A stretch of DNA of 55,246 nucleotides from a virus, in the IMG/VR virus record IMGVR_UViG_3300045988_088672; one strand, given 5' to 3'. How positions within the stretch are numbered: the first letter of the stretch is position 1; each line of letters opens with the position of its first letter. Shown one piece after another: positions 15,817 to 24,397 of this stretch. A program made the translations under genes and the position numbers. The notes below the pieces were generated by a model. The model was not told the origin of the DNA. It searched no databases and saw nothing but the letters and a program-made list of their open reading frames with translations.

Positions 15817-16657
15817 TTTTGCATGTTTTATCCTTTGTCATGGTAGACCAAATAATACACCCACATTTAGCACTTTAAGGAAGTACGGCTACACTGGTGC
15901 TATATATATAATCTGTGATGACGAGGATAAAACATTGCAGGAATATAGGAATATATATGGCGAGGACATTGTAAAGGTCTTTAATAAATTAGATGTTCTA
16001 CAAAAATTTGATACTATGGACTCTAGTGAAAATCGTGGATGCGCAGTGTACGCTAGAAATGCGTGTTTTGATATTGCTGAGGAGTTAGGAATAAGATATT
16101 TTTGTGAGTTAGATGATGATTATTTAGACATAACCATACGAAAGCCGGTTGAAGACAAATTACCGGTATTTAATCACAAAAATCTTGACCTTATTTTTGA
16201 AACATACATTGATTTTATGAATACAAACCCAAATATATATTCAGTAGCATTTGCACAAGCTGGAGATTATATTGGTGGTTATGCTTGTCAACTAATGAGT
16301 AATGGGTATAAACGTAAGTGTATGAATAGTTGGATTTGTGATGTTTCAAAAAGATTCATATTTAATGGTAGAATGAATGATGACGTTAATACCTATACAT
16401 TGGAGGGTTCACGCGGAAAAGTCTATATAACATTGCCATATGTATGTGTTAATCAGCCGGAGACTCAACAGGTTAGTGGCGGTATGACAGATATGTATAA
16501 AGGGGAAGGGACATACATTAAATCTTTTTATACTGTGATGTGCTGTCCAAGTTTTGCTTGTATTCATATTATGGGTTGGCACAATTATAGAATACACCAT
16601 AAAATAAATTGGGAACATGCTTGCCCTAAAATTATTTCTGATAAATGGAAAAAATAA
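15806..16657 (+). CDS. Putative GT-A-like glycosyltransferase (DxD motif)
   Basis: An N-terminal beta-alpha start (FILCHGRPNN) and a CELDDDY (DxD) motif resemble nucleotide-sugar transferases. Motif-level inference only. Confidence 0.35.
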   Translation: MRSDFACFILCHGRPNNTPTFSTLRKYGYTGAIYIICDDEDKTLQEYRNIYGEDIVKVFNKLDVLQKFDTMDSSENRGCAVYARNACFDIAEELGIRYFCELDDDYLDITIRKPVEDKLPVFNHKNLDLIFETYIDFMNTNPNIYSVAFAQAGDYIGGYACQLMSNGYKRKCMNSWICDVSKRFIFNGRMNDDVNTYTLEGSRGKVYITLPYVCVNQPETQQVSGGMTDMYKGEGTYIKSFYTVMCCPSFACIHIMGWHNYRIHHKINWEHACPKIISDKWKK

Positions 16658-16679
16658 TTTTATTTTTATGTGTTACAAT
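16651..16679 (+). promoter_or_regulatory. Truncated promoter cassette (extended -10 half only)
   Basis: TATTTTTATGTGTTACAAT is retained, with TACAAT at 16674-16679. The -35 position reads AAAATA. The element overlaps the stop of the preceding gene. Confidence 0.45.
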
Positions 16680-16710
16680 AAAAGAGAAATAAACAGAAAG
16701 GAGAAAGACA

Positions 16711-18102
16711 TTGAATTATGATGAATTTCTAAAAACAAAAATAGAGCAATTCAATCCTTGTGGATTTGATTATGAACCTTCAAACAAAAATTTATTTGAT
16801 TTTCAAAGAGCTATTGTGAAGATAGCACTTAAAAGAGGAAAATCTGCATTGTTTCTTGATACAGGACTTGGAAAAACTATATGTCAGTTGTCATGGGCAG
16901 ATGAAGTGTATAAGCATACTGGAAAAAATGTACTTATACTTGCCCCGCTTGCGGTATCCGTTCAGACAAAAAGAGAGGGAGAAAAGTTCGGCGTTGAGGT
17001 AAATATTTGTAGAACGCAGGAGGATGTAAAAGACGGAATAAACATTACAAATTATGAAATGTTAGAACATTTTAATGCTGAAGAATTTATAGGAATTGTA
17101 CTTGATGAAAGTTCAATACTTAAATCATATAGTGGAAAAATGAAAACTGGCATAATAGAAAAGTTTGAGAATGTTCCTTATAAGCTATCCTGCACTGCCA
17201 CCCCATCTCCTAATGATACAATGGAGTTATTAAATCAAGCCGAATTTTTGAATGTTCTAAAATCGCATGAGGCATTGGCTGTATGGTTTGTAACTGACCA
17301 AAACTCAATGGGAGCATATAGATTAAAGCATCATGCAGAGGATGACTTTTGGACTTGGGTATCAAGCTGGGCAGTTCTTTTAAAAAAGCCGTCAGATTTA
17401 GGGTTTAATGATGATGGTTACGATTTGCCGCCTTTGTATGAGAAAGATGTTATAATTCCTGTATCATTAAAAAGTGAAGAAAAGGGAAGATTGTTGCGAA
17501 AAATTGAAATGTCAGCAACAAACTTCTATAAAGAAAAGAAACTAATTACAGATGAAAGAATAAAAAAGATTGCTGAAATAGCAAATAGCACAGATGAGCA
17601 GTATCTAATTTGGTGTTATACAAACGAAGAAAGTTCATTGTTACACAAAGCTATTGAAGGAAGTGTTGAGGTTAAGGGTTCAGATAAGCCAGAACACAAA
17701 GAGAAATCAAGTCTTGATTTTAAATCGGGGAAAATAAGAGTGCTTATATCAAAGGTATCTATTTTTGGTTTTGGTTTGAATTTTCAGAATTGCACAAAAT
17801 GTATTTTTTGCGGGTTAGATTATTCATATGAAAAATACTACCAAGCAGTAAGAAGATTGTACAGATTTGGACAGACAAAGGAAGTTACAGTATATAGAGT
17901 TTTGGGTTCAACAGAAAGTCATATACTTAATATATTGACTGACAAATACAGAAAGCAGGAGAATATGCAGGAGCATATGAACAAATGCACAAATAAACTA
18001 ATACTTGATGAAATGAATGGCAATAGAAAATTTAAGCTGAGCGAACAAAATACGGAAAATATAAGTTTTCCGAGTTGGTTAAAGGAGGAAACATATGAAT
18101 AG
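16711..18102 (+). CDS. DEAD/DEAH-box (SF2, SNF2-related) helicase
   Basis: LDTGLGKT (motif I), VLDESS (motif II), CTATPSPN (motif III) and a C-terminal helicase domain with YYQAVRRLYRFGQ (motif VI). TTG start follows AAAGGAGAAAG. Confidence 0.8.
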   Translation: MNYDEFLKTKIEQFNPCGFDYEPSNKNLFDFQRAIVKIALKRGKSALFLDTGLGKTICQLSWADEVYKHTGKNVLILAPLAVSVQTKREGEKFGVEVNICRTQEDVKDGINITNYEMLEHFNAEEFIGIVLDESSILKSYSGKMKTGIIEKFENVPYKLSCTATPSPNDTMELLNQAEFLNVLKSHEALAVWFVTDQNSMGAYRLKHHAEDDFWTWVSSWAVLLKKPSDLGFNDDGYDLPPLYEKDVIIPVSLKSEEKGRLLRKIEMSATNFYKEKKLITDERIKKIAEIANSTDEQYLIWCYTNEESSLLHKAIEGSVEVKGSDKPEHKEKSSLDFKSGKIRVLISKVSIFGFGLNFQNCTKCIFCGLDYSYEKYYQAVRRLYRFGQTKEVTVYRVLGSTESHILNILTDKYRKQENMQEHMNKCTNKLILDEMNGNRKFKLSEQNTENISFPSWLKEETYE

Positions 18103-19009
18103 TGTAGTTAAAAATGATTATGCAATTTATAATGGAGATTGTGTAGAGTTGATGAAAACAATGCCTGATGAAAGTATCGACTTTTCTATATTTTCGCCGC
18201 CATTCGTAAATTTATATATTTATAGTGATGATTTACGAGATATGGGTAATTGTAAAGACAGTGAAGAGTTCTTTCAGCAAATGCAGTTTATGACGGAACA
18301 TTTGCACAGAATATTAAGGACAGGCAGGCTTGTAGCAGTTCATTGCAAAAATACAGTGAAATATAAAAATCGTGACGGAGTTGCCGGTTGGTATGATTTT
18401 AGAGGAGATTTAATAAGGCATTTTGAAAAGAATGGCTTTCAGTATCATTCAGAGGTTTGCATATGGACCGACCCTGTAAGAGAAATGCAGAAAACAAAGA
18501 CACAAAGATTATTATATTGTCAGTTACAGAGAGATGCAAGTCATACTGGAATTGGTATGCCTGAGTATCTTGTAATCTTCAGAAAGTGGGGTGATGAAAG
18601 TAAAGAAATCCCTATTAAGCATTATAAGAATGAAAAGCAGATGGAAGAAGATAATGGAGAGCCATTACAGTTAGTTGACCTTGAAACATGGCAGAGATAT
18701 GCAAGTCCTGTTTGGTTCGATATTAAACGTACAGATGTATTAAGCGGAAAGATGGCAAGAGACGAAAAAGATGAAAAGCATATCTGTCCACTACAGTTGG
18801 AGGTTATTCAAAGAGCGGTTGAGCTATGGACTAATCCTGGAGAGGTAGTATTTACCCCATTCATGGGGATAGGTTCAGAAGTATATCAAAGTTTGAAACT
18901 TCATAGAAAAGCGATAGGTGTTGAATTAAAGGAAAGCTATTTTAATCAAGCGGCTGAAAATTGCAAAATGGCAATATCAGATAGAGTAGAAAGAAAGAGA
19001 TTATTTTAA
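18095..19009 (+). CDS. N4/N6 DNA methyltransferase (beta-class, N6_N4_Mtase type)
   Basis: The catalytic SPPF motif (FSPPFVNLY) is near the N-terminus and the AdoMet motif FTPFMGIGSE near the C-terminus. The start overlaps the helicase stop. Confidence 0.85.
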   Translation: MNSVVKNDYAIYNGDCVELMKTMPDESIDFSIFSPPFVNLYIYSDDLRDMGNCKDSEEFFQQMQFMTEHLHRILRTGRLVAVHCKNTVKYKNRDGVAGWYDFRGDLIRHFEKNGFQYHSEVCIWTDPVREMQKTKTQRLLYCQLQRDASHTGIGMPEYLVIFRKWGDESKEIPIKHYKNEKQMEEDNGEPLQLVDLETWQRYASPVWFDIKRTDVLSGKMARDEKDEKHICPLQLEVIQRAVELWTNPGEVVFTPFMGIGSEVYQSLKLHRKAIGVELKESYFNQAAENCKMAISDRVERKRLF

Positions 19010-19022
19010 GGAGGATTAAAAA

Positions 19023-20117
19023 ATGAAAGTAGTAACAAGTAGAATGAAAGAAGCAGTAAACAAAGCAATCAAGGGAGCAGGATTTAATAATCTTATTCCT
19101 ATTACATCAATGATTGGTATTAAATTATCAGATGGAAAATTAAGATTGCTTACAACAGACATGACTAATACATTATGTATTATCATTGATAAGGTAGCTG
19201 GGGATGATATGGACATCACAGTAGATGCTGATAAATTTGGAAAGTTGATTGCAAAGACAACTTCCGAAGACATTGAATTGTTGATTATTGATGATGTTTT
19301 ATCAATCAAAGCTAACGGAACTTATAAGATACCTTTGATTTCAGGTGAGGAAGGACTTATCTCGTTCCCGGATATTAAGTCATTAGATGATAAGAATGTG
19401 CAGTGTTCCACCAAACTATCGAGTGTTATTCAGGCTTATAATATCAATAAATCAGCACTTGCAAAAACATTAGAAAATCCTGCCTTGACTGGTTACTATT
19501 GCGGGGACACGGTTATTAGTACGGATGCAAATGTTATCACATTCAATGGATTTAAGATGTTTGATAACGAAGAACCTATTCTTATTTCCGCTCAGCAGAT
19601 GCAGTTGTTGACACTGAACACAAAGGAAGATATTGAAGTTTATATTGGAAAAACAGGTATTCAATTCGTGACGGAAGATGTGATTATTGATGGTGCATTG
19701 ATGGAAGGAATTGAAGATTTCCCAGCAAACGAAGTAAACGCTTATCTTGACGAAGCTTTTACATCTTCCTGCAAAGTACCAAAGGATTTACTTCTTTCCG
19801 CTCTTGATAGACTTGCATTATTCATCGAACCATATGACAAGAATGGGGCATATTTCACTTTCGGAAGAAAGGGCATCAATATTTACAGTAAAAAGGAGGC
19901 ATCTACAGAAACCATCAACTATGTGGAAAGTAAGGACTTTGCCCTGTTTGTGTGCTGTGTAGATATTCCAATGTTGAAGGAACAGTTGCAGGCTAATCCG
20001 GACGATACGGTAAAGATTTGTTACGGAAATGAAAATGCGTTGAAGATCGAGAGCGGAAAAGTAACGCAAGTTATAGCGTTGCTTGAAGATGAAGAACTTG
20101 ACAGCATGGCAGAATAG
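19023..20117 (+). CDS. dnaN: DNA polymerase III beta-type sliding clamp
   Basis: At 364 aa the length matches a dimeric beta clamp. The N-terminal pattern KAIKGAGFNNLIPITSMIGIKLSDGKLRLLTTDMT parallels bacterial DnaN. Clamp-loader genes follow. Confidence 0.6.
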   Translation: MKVVTSRMKEAVNKAIKGAGFNNLIPITSMIGIKLSDGKLRLLTTDMTNTLCIIIDKVAGDDMDITVDADKFGKLIAKTTSEDIELLIIDDVLSIKANGTYKIPLISGEEGLISFPDIKSLDDKNVQCSTKLSSVIQAYNINKSALAKTLENPALTGYYCGDTVISTDANVITFNGFKMFDNEEPILISAQQMQLLTLNTKEDIEVYIGKTGIQFVTEDVIIDGALMEGIEDFPANEVNAYLDEAFTSSCKVPKDLLLSALDRLALFIEPYDKNGAYFTFGRKGINIYSKKEASTETINYVESKDFALFVCCVDIPMLKEQLQANPDDTVKICYGNENALKIESGKVTQVIALLEDEELDSMAE

Positions 20118-20171
20118 TCATATAATGTTTAAGTGTTGATTCCATAGCAGTGGACGATTACTTTTAATAGG

Positions 20172-20200
20172 TGGTTAGTTAAAAACTAACCATCTTTTTT
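20172..20200 (+). terminator. Rho-independent terminator
   Basis: Stem TGGTTAGTT/AACTAACCA followed by TCTTTTTT. Confidence 0.75.
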
Positions 20201-20221
20201 AGTTTATTTTCAAAAAACCTA

Positions 20222-20250
20222 TTGACATTTCTATTTTTATGTGTTACAAT
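20222..20250 (+). promoter_or_regulatory. Early-class promoter cassette copy 6
   Basis: TTGACATTTCTATTTTTATGTGTTACAAT is an exact consensus copy. Confidence 0.75.
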
Positions 20251-20296
20251 ATAATCAAAGTTAAGAAATACATAGAAAGGTTAAAAGGTGATTATT

Positions 20297-20488
20297 ATGA
20301 CAAAAACAGAATTAAGCAAATTAAGTAAAGATGAGTTAGTTGAATTAGCAATCAAACAGCATGAGCAAATGGATGCATTGAAAGGATATAATTCAGGCTT
20401 GACAAGAAAAATGCTTGAAACATTTAATTCAAAAATACTTATAGACTGTTATTTGAAAAATCAAAAAACTTTAAAAAAATTCAAATAA
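20297..20488 (+). CDS. Hypothetical protein
   Basis: ORF track 20288..20488. ATG 20297 is preferred because it follows the AAAGGTGATTATT leader. Confidence 0.55.
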   Translation: MTKTELSKLSKDELVELAIKQHEQMDALKGYNSGLTRKMLETFNSKILIDCYLKNQKTLKKFK

Positions 20489-20508
20489 TAAAACGGAGGT
20501 AAATAAAT

Positions 20509-20628
20509 ATGTTTAAAGGAATGAGCTTACAGGATTTAAAATTTTACTATCAGGATAACGTAAATCCAGATGAATATCCTACTTTTATCCATTGGATGAT
20601 AGCAATGAGAGAGCAAGGAGAATATTAA
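20509..20628 (+). CDS. Hypothetical small protein (39 aa, not in ORF track)
   Basis: Hand translation gives MFKGMSLQDLKFYYQDNVNPDEYPTFIHWMIAMREQGEY*. SD ACGGAGGT is upstream. Confidence 0.45.
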   Translation: MFKGMSLQDLKFYYQDNVNPDEYPTFIHWMIAMREQGEY

Positions 20629-20695
20629 AATATCAATTTCGTCATGTAGGTAGCTATGGCAGAAAACGCATATAAAGTTGTATAATAAATATATC

Positions 20696-20780
20696 AAATG
20701 AACGAGAGAATGTAATCTTAGAGTACTTACTAGCCTATGAGGTTTCAAAGTAAGCAACCTGTATGAAAATCCGTTCATTT
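20696..20780 (+). promoter_or_regulatory. Structured 85-nt element in the 5' region of the ArdC-N-like gene
   Basis: A closing helix pairs AAATGAACG (20696-20704) with CGTTCATTT (20772-20780). Inner complementarities are CTTAC/GTAAG and AGGTT/AACCT. TATAAT lies at 20681-20686, just upstream. Confidence 0.45.
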
Positions 20781-20807
20781 ATAAACAAAACAAGGAGGAT
20801 ACATACT

Positions 20808-21077
20808 ATGATAAACACAGCTATTATATTAGACTATATGCAATTAAATAATTTAGATCCTAATAAGGTTATTTTGCATACATATGCCACCTGGAAGAAA
20901 TTAGGATATCAAGTTAAGCAAGGCGAGAAATCAGCACATAAGATTCCAGTCTGGAGAAGATCCACAAAGAAGATTGAAAATGAGGAAGGAGAAAAGGAAG
21001 AAGTGGACAATGGAAGATATTTCTTGAAAGAATCTGCCTTTTTCACACAAGCACAAGTAGAGGTGATTGATGAATGA
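20808..21077 (+). CDS. ArdC N-terminal-like (DUF1738-type) ssDNA-binding protein
   Basis: TYATWKKLGYQVKQGEKSAHKIPVW matches the ArdC-N pattern (W..LG..VKKGEK..I..W). ATG 20808 follows AAGGAGGA. Confidence 0.4.
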   Translation: MINTAIILDYMQLNNLDPNKVILHTYATWKKLGYQVKQGEKSAHKIPVWRRSTKKIENEEGEKEEVDNGRYFLKESAFFTQAQVEVIDE

Positions 21078-21442
21078 AAGATATATTTAAACAGATTAAA
21101 AGATTTTCTGAAATAGATTTTCAAGAGGGTAGACCGTTTGAGTTTACTCTTGCTGGAAAAAGAAAAGAAGATAACACTGATTGGTTATGTCCACCAGTTA
21201 AGAAAATGGAAGTTGGAAAGTCATATAAAATCACTGTTAAAAAATATATGACAGAACCAGCAACATCTACTTTTGATTTTCAGGATAAATGGAATAATGG
21301 AAAGCCCATGCCTTTATGTACTATGCAAGGAAAAGTGACAAGAGAAACAAGAGGAATGTATTATATGGAATTGAAAGCCGATGATATAAGTTGGACGGGT
21401 TGGGTTATAAAATCTGCAATAAAAGAATGGAAGGAGATATAA
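21074..21442 (+). CDS. Hypothetical protein
   Basis: ORF track, 122 aa. The start overlaps the preceding stop (ATGA). Confidence 0.55.
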   Translation: MKDIFKQIKRFSEIDFQEGRPFEFTLAGKRKEDNTDWLCPPVKKMEVGKSYKITVKKYMTEPATSTFDFQDKWNNGKPMPLCTMQGKVTRETRGMYYMELKADDISWTGWVIKSAIKEWKEI

Positions 21443-21444
21443 TT

Positions 21445-21702
21445 ATGAAATTAGTAAAAGGAAAAAAATATGAAGTGGTAAAGGACTTGTTTCACTGTTT
21501 GAATCCAGGAGAAATAGTGGTAGCATTGGAGGAAAATAGTGTATCCTATTTCGTTGAGCTATCACACTATAAAGAAGGAGTATTTGACCCGAATGAATAC
21601 TTTGCTCAAAACATCCATCCATTATCAGATGATGAAGTTAAAGAGGTGGATGGTGAAGATTATACTGAATCTTGCCCTTACGAAAAAGGAAGTAGGGAAT
21701 AG
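21445..21702 (+). CDS. Hypothetical protein
   Basis: ORF track 21391..21702. ATG 21445 is preferred because it follows AAGGAGAT. Confidence 0.55.
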   Translation: MKLVKGKKYEVVKDLFHCLNPGEIVVALEENSVSYFVELSHYKEGVFDPNEYFAQNIHPLSDDEVKEVDGEDYTESCPYEKGSRE

Positions 21703-21711
21703 TGCGAATAC

Positions 21712-21894
21712 ATGGTTCTTTCTAAATTGAAAGAAATAAAAGCTATTGCCAAGGAGTATGATCCTAATACTAAATATTTAGCTGCGTTTGTGTATAATGA
21801 CCAGATATTTTTTAATAATAACTATTGGGAAGACGATGTACCAAAGTTGGATATTAAGTTTTTTGATGACGAAGAAAAGGAGCAAAAAAGATGA
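21712..21894 (+). CDS. Hypothetical protein
   Basis: ORF track, 60 aa. Confidence 0.45.
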   Translation: MVLSKLKEIKAIAKEYDPNTKYLAAFVYNDQIFFNNNYWEDDVPKLDIKFFDDEEKEQKR

Positions 21895-22223
21895 GTACAA
21901 GATATTTTTCAGACAAACAAGAAAAACATATAGCAAAGGTCACTGGAGGTAAAGTGCAGAGCAACTCCGGTGGAACAAAGTTTGGCGGTGGGGATGTTCA
22001 TACAGATAAATTCTTTATTGAAGCAAAGACACCAACAGAAGAGAAGCAGTCATTCTCGATAAAAAGAGATTGGCTGACAAAGGTAAAAGAGCAGGCTTTT
22101 GAACAAGGAAAAGAACGCTGGGCTCTGGCGTTTACCTTTGACCCAGATAAGCAAGAAAACTTCTATGTTATTTCAGAAAACGAATTTTTAGAATATTTAG
22201 TATACAAGGAGATGAAAGTATAA
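21891..22223 (+). CDS. Putative PD-(D/E)xK nuclease / Holliday-junction resolvase-like protein
   Basis: SNSGGTKFGGGDVHTDKFFIEAKT carries a D...E-x-K core typical of small phage resolvase-type nucleases. Confidence 0.4.
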   Translation: MSTRYFSDKQEKHIAKVTGGKVQSNSGGTKFGGGDVHTDKFFIEAKTPTEEKQSFSIKRDWLTKVKEQAFEQGKERWALAFTFDPDKQENFYVISENEFLEYLVYKEMKV

Positions 22224-22447
22224 TGGAATGTCCATATTGTTCAAGCAATCTATCAAAAGTTATAGATTCAAGAAAAGTAGAGATGAACGTATTCCGCACT
22301 AGAGTATGCACGAAATGCGATTCAAAATTTTATATGGAAGAAGTGGTTATTACAGAAGAAGAAGCAAGATTTTATATGGCAGCGATAAAAAGAAAATATA
22401 GAAAAGAAAGGAAAGATTATAATGGCAAAAACAGCATTAGCAATTAA
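22223..22447 (+). CDS. nrdR: NrdR-like zinc-ribbon protein lacking the ATP-cone
   Basis: MECPYCSSNLSKVIDSRKV...RTRVCTKCDSKFYMEE matches the NrdR N-terminus (M-CP-C...KVIDSR...R-R-C--C---F---E). At 74 aa it has no ATP-cone. Confidence 0.6.
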   Translation: MECPYCSSNLSKVIDSRKVEMNVFRTRVCTKCDSKFYMEEVVITEEEARFYMAAIKRKYRKERKDYNGKNSISN

Positions 22448-23450
22448 GTATCGACCGACTGATTTTTCTTCATTAACTGAACAGTCAGCAATTAAGGATA
22501 TTTTGGAAAATCAGATTAAAACAAAAACATTTCAGCACGGGTATTTGTTCACAGGACCGGCAGGAACAGGAAAGACAACCTCTGCAAGAATCTTCGCCAG
22601 CATGATAAATGATGGGAAGGGAAATCCTATTGAAGTGGATGCCGCAAGTAATAGCGGTGTGGATAACATCAGACAGATTATAGAAGATGCTAAAAGAAAA
22701 CCACTCGATGCAGAATATAAGATATTCATAGTGGATGAATGTCATTCATTATCAAATGGAGCGTGGCAAGCATTATTAAAGACATTGGAAGAACCACCAA
22801 AATTTACGATTTTCATTTTTTGCACAACGGATCCGCAGAAAATTCCTAATACGATTTTATCAAGAGTGCAAAGATACAATTTTCAGAAAATAAGTAATGA
22901 AGGTATCGTGGATAGGTTAATCTCCATTATTAAAAAGGAGAATGATGCTTCCAATATTCATTACGATCTTGATGCCGTTGAGTATATAGCTAAGGTATCA
23001 AATGGTGGAATGAGAGATGCTATCACATTGATGGATAAGTGCTTATCCTTGTCGGATGTTTTAACATTGGAAAATGTATTAAAAACTATTGGAAGCGAAG
23101 ATTATAATACATTCTTTGATTTTTTAGATCGGTTGTGTAACAAAGGAAAAATGAGTATAACAACAATCGAAAATGTCTATAACTGCGGTAAAGATGTAAA
23201 ACAGTTTATGAAAGACTTTGCCAAATTCATTTTAGAAGTTGAAAAATATCTAATTTATGAATCAACTGATTATATCAATATACCAAATACAAAAGAAAAT
23301 ATTGATAAGCTATCAGAGTTTAGACCTTTGTCCTCCGAAGTTTATAATGTAATGGACTTTGTAGTTTCTTTAAATAATCAGATTAAATGGGAAAATGATG
23401 CTAAGACATTGATTGAATTATCTATCTTGATTTATTGTGGAAAGGAATGA
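22422..23450 (+). CDS. dnaX: Clamp-loader ATPase, DNA polymerase III gamma/tau (DnaX)-like
   Basis: KYRPTDFSSL, GPAGTGKTT (Walker A), FIVDECHSLS (Walker B / DExx), LKTLEEPP and SRVQRYNF (SRC-like sensor). Confidence 0.85.
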   Translation: MAKTALAIKYRPTDFSSLTEQSAIKDILENQIKTKTFQHGYLFTGPAGTGKTTSARIFASMINDGKGNPIEVDAASNSGVDNIRQIIEDAKRKPLDAEYKIFIVDECHSLSNGAWQALLKTLEEPPKFTIFIFCTTDPQKIPNTILSRVQRYNFQKISNEGIVDRLISIIKKENDASNIHYDLDAVEYIAKVSNGGMRDAITLMDKCLSLSDVLTLENVLKTIGSEDYNTFFDFLDRLCNKGKMSITTIENVYNCGKDVKQFMKDFAKFILEVEKYLIYESTDYINIPNTKENIDKLSEFRPLSSEVYNVMDFVVSLNNQIKWENDAKTLIELSILIYCGKE

Positions 23451-23454
23451 AAAT

Positions 23455-24246
23455 ATGATTGGGCAGAAAAATAATATAAATACGCTTATGAAATGGCGTT
23501 GTAATAAGTCAGTACCAAGATTTATCATTCTTTCTGGTAGTGAAGGCTCTGGTAGATTGACACTTGCGAAAGTAATTATAAGAATGATAAACGCAAAAGG
23601 AATTATAATGGGGAATAGCATTTCAGAAGTTAGGGAAACAATAGAAAATGCTTACACAATTACCGAGCCAACTTGTTATATTTTCAGAAATGCCGATGAT
23701 ATGTCAGCCCCAGCAAAAAATGCACTTCTTAAAGTAGTTGAGGAACCGCCGAATAACGCCTATTTTATTATGACTGTGCAGAATATAGATAATATGCTGG
23801 GTACTATTAGAAGCCGGGGCACAGTTATTAAAATGGAGCCCTATACTATTCGAGAACTACAAAAAGTGACAATGGACGAAACTCTTTTAAAGTATTGTAC
23901 AAATATCGGTTTGCTGAATACGCCGAAGGAAAAGATTTTGCAAGCAGAGAAATGTGTGGATGAGGTACTTGAAGCATTCATGTCTAAAAGTGGTACTAAA
24001 TTGTTGAAAGCCACTACACAGTTAAAGGCTAAAAAGACTGACGAAGATAAGGTAGATTGCTTGATTTTTATGCGGATATTTGAACAGAAATTATATGATT
24101 CTTATGGGTTCTGTTCTATTTCCTTATGTATCATAAAAGATATCTGTTCATGTGGACAGGAATTGCAAAGGAGTAGTATCAATAAAAAAGCCAGCATTGA
24201 ATCAATGCTAATTAAGATTATGGAGGAATTAAAAAATGACATTTGA
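23455..24246 (+). CDS. holB: Clamp-loader delta-prime-like subunit
   Basis: Degenerate P-loop GSEGSGRLT, LLKVVEEPP and RSRG sensor motif. ATG 23455 is preferred over GTG 23437. Confidence 0.65.
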   Translation: MIGQKNNINTLMKWRCNKSVPRFIILSGSEGSGRLTLAKVIIRMINAKGIIMGNSISEVRETIENAYTITEPTCYIFRNADDMSAPAKNALLKVVEEPPNNAYFIMTVQNIDNMLGTIRSRGTVIKMEPYTIRELQKVTMDETLLKYCTNIGLLNTPKEKILQAEKCVDEVLEAFMSKSGTKLLKATTQLKAKKTDEDKVDCLIFMRIFEQKLYDSYGFCSISLCIIKDICSCGQELQRSSINKKASIESMLIKIMEELKNDI

Positions 24247-24397
24247 TGAAATTATGGTAATGCTATTACAATCTTGTAATAAGAGATTCAAGGAGACTAC
24301 AAGTTTAAGTAAAAAGCTATTGGATTGTGCTACACAAATCTATATTGCGGAAATGGGGGAGAAGAATAATGCAGAAATTTCCGAGAAGATGGAATAA
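24236..24397 (+). CDS. Hypothetical small protein (53 aa, not in ORF track)
   Basis: Hand translation gives MTFDEIMVMLLQSCNKRFKETTSLSKKLLDCATQIYIAEMGEKNNAEISEKME*. GGAGG lies 9 nt upstream. Confidence 0.4.
   Translation: MTFDEIMVMLLQSCNKRFKETTSLSKKLLDCATQIYIAEMGEKNNAEISEKME

Noticed and set aside
20657-20672. Sigma-54-like TGGCAG...GCAT motif upstream of the structured element
   Set aside because: It lacks the TTGC -12 element at the correct 4-5-nt spacing, so it matches only half of the consensus.
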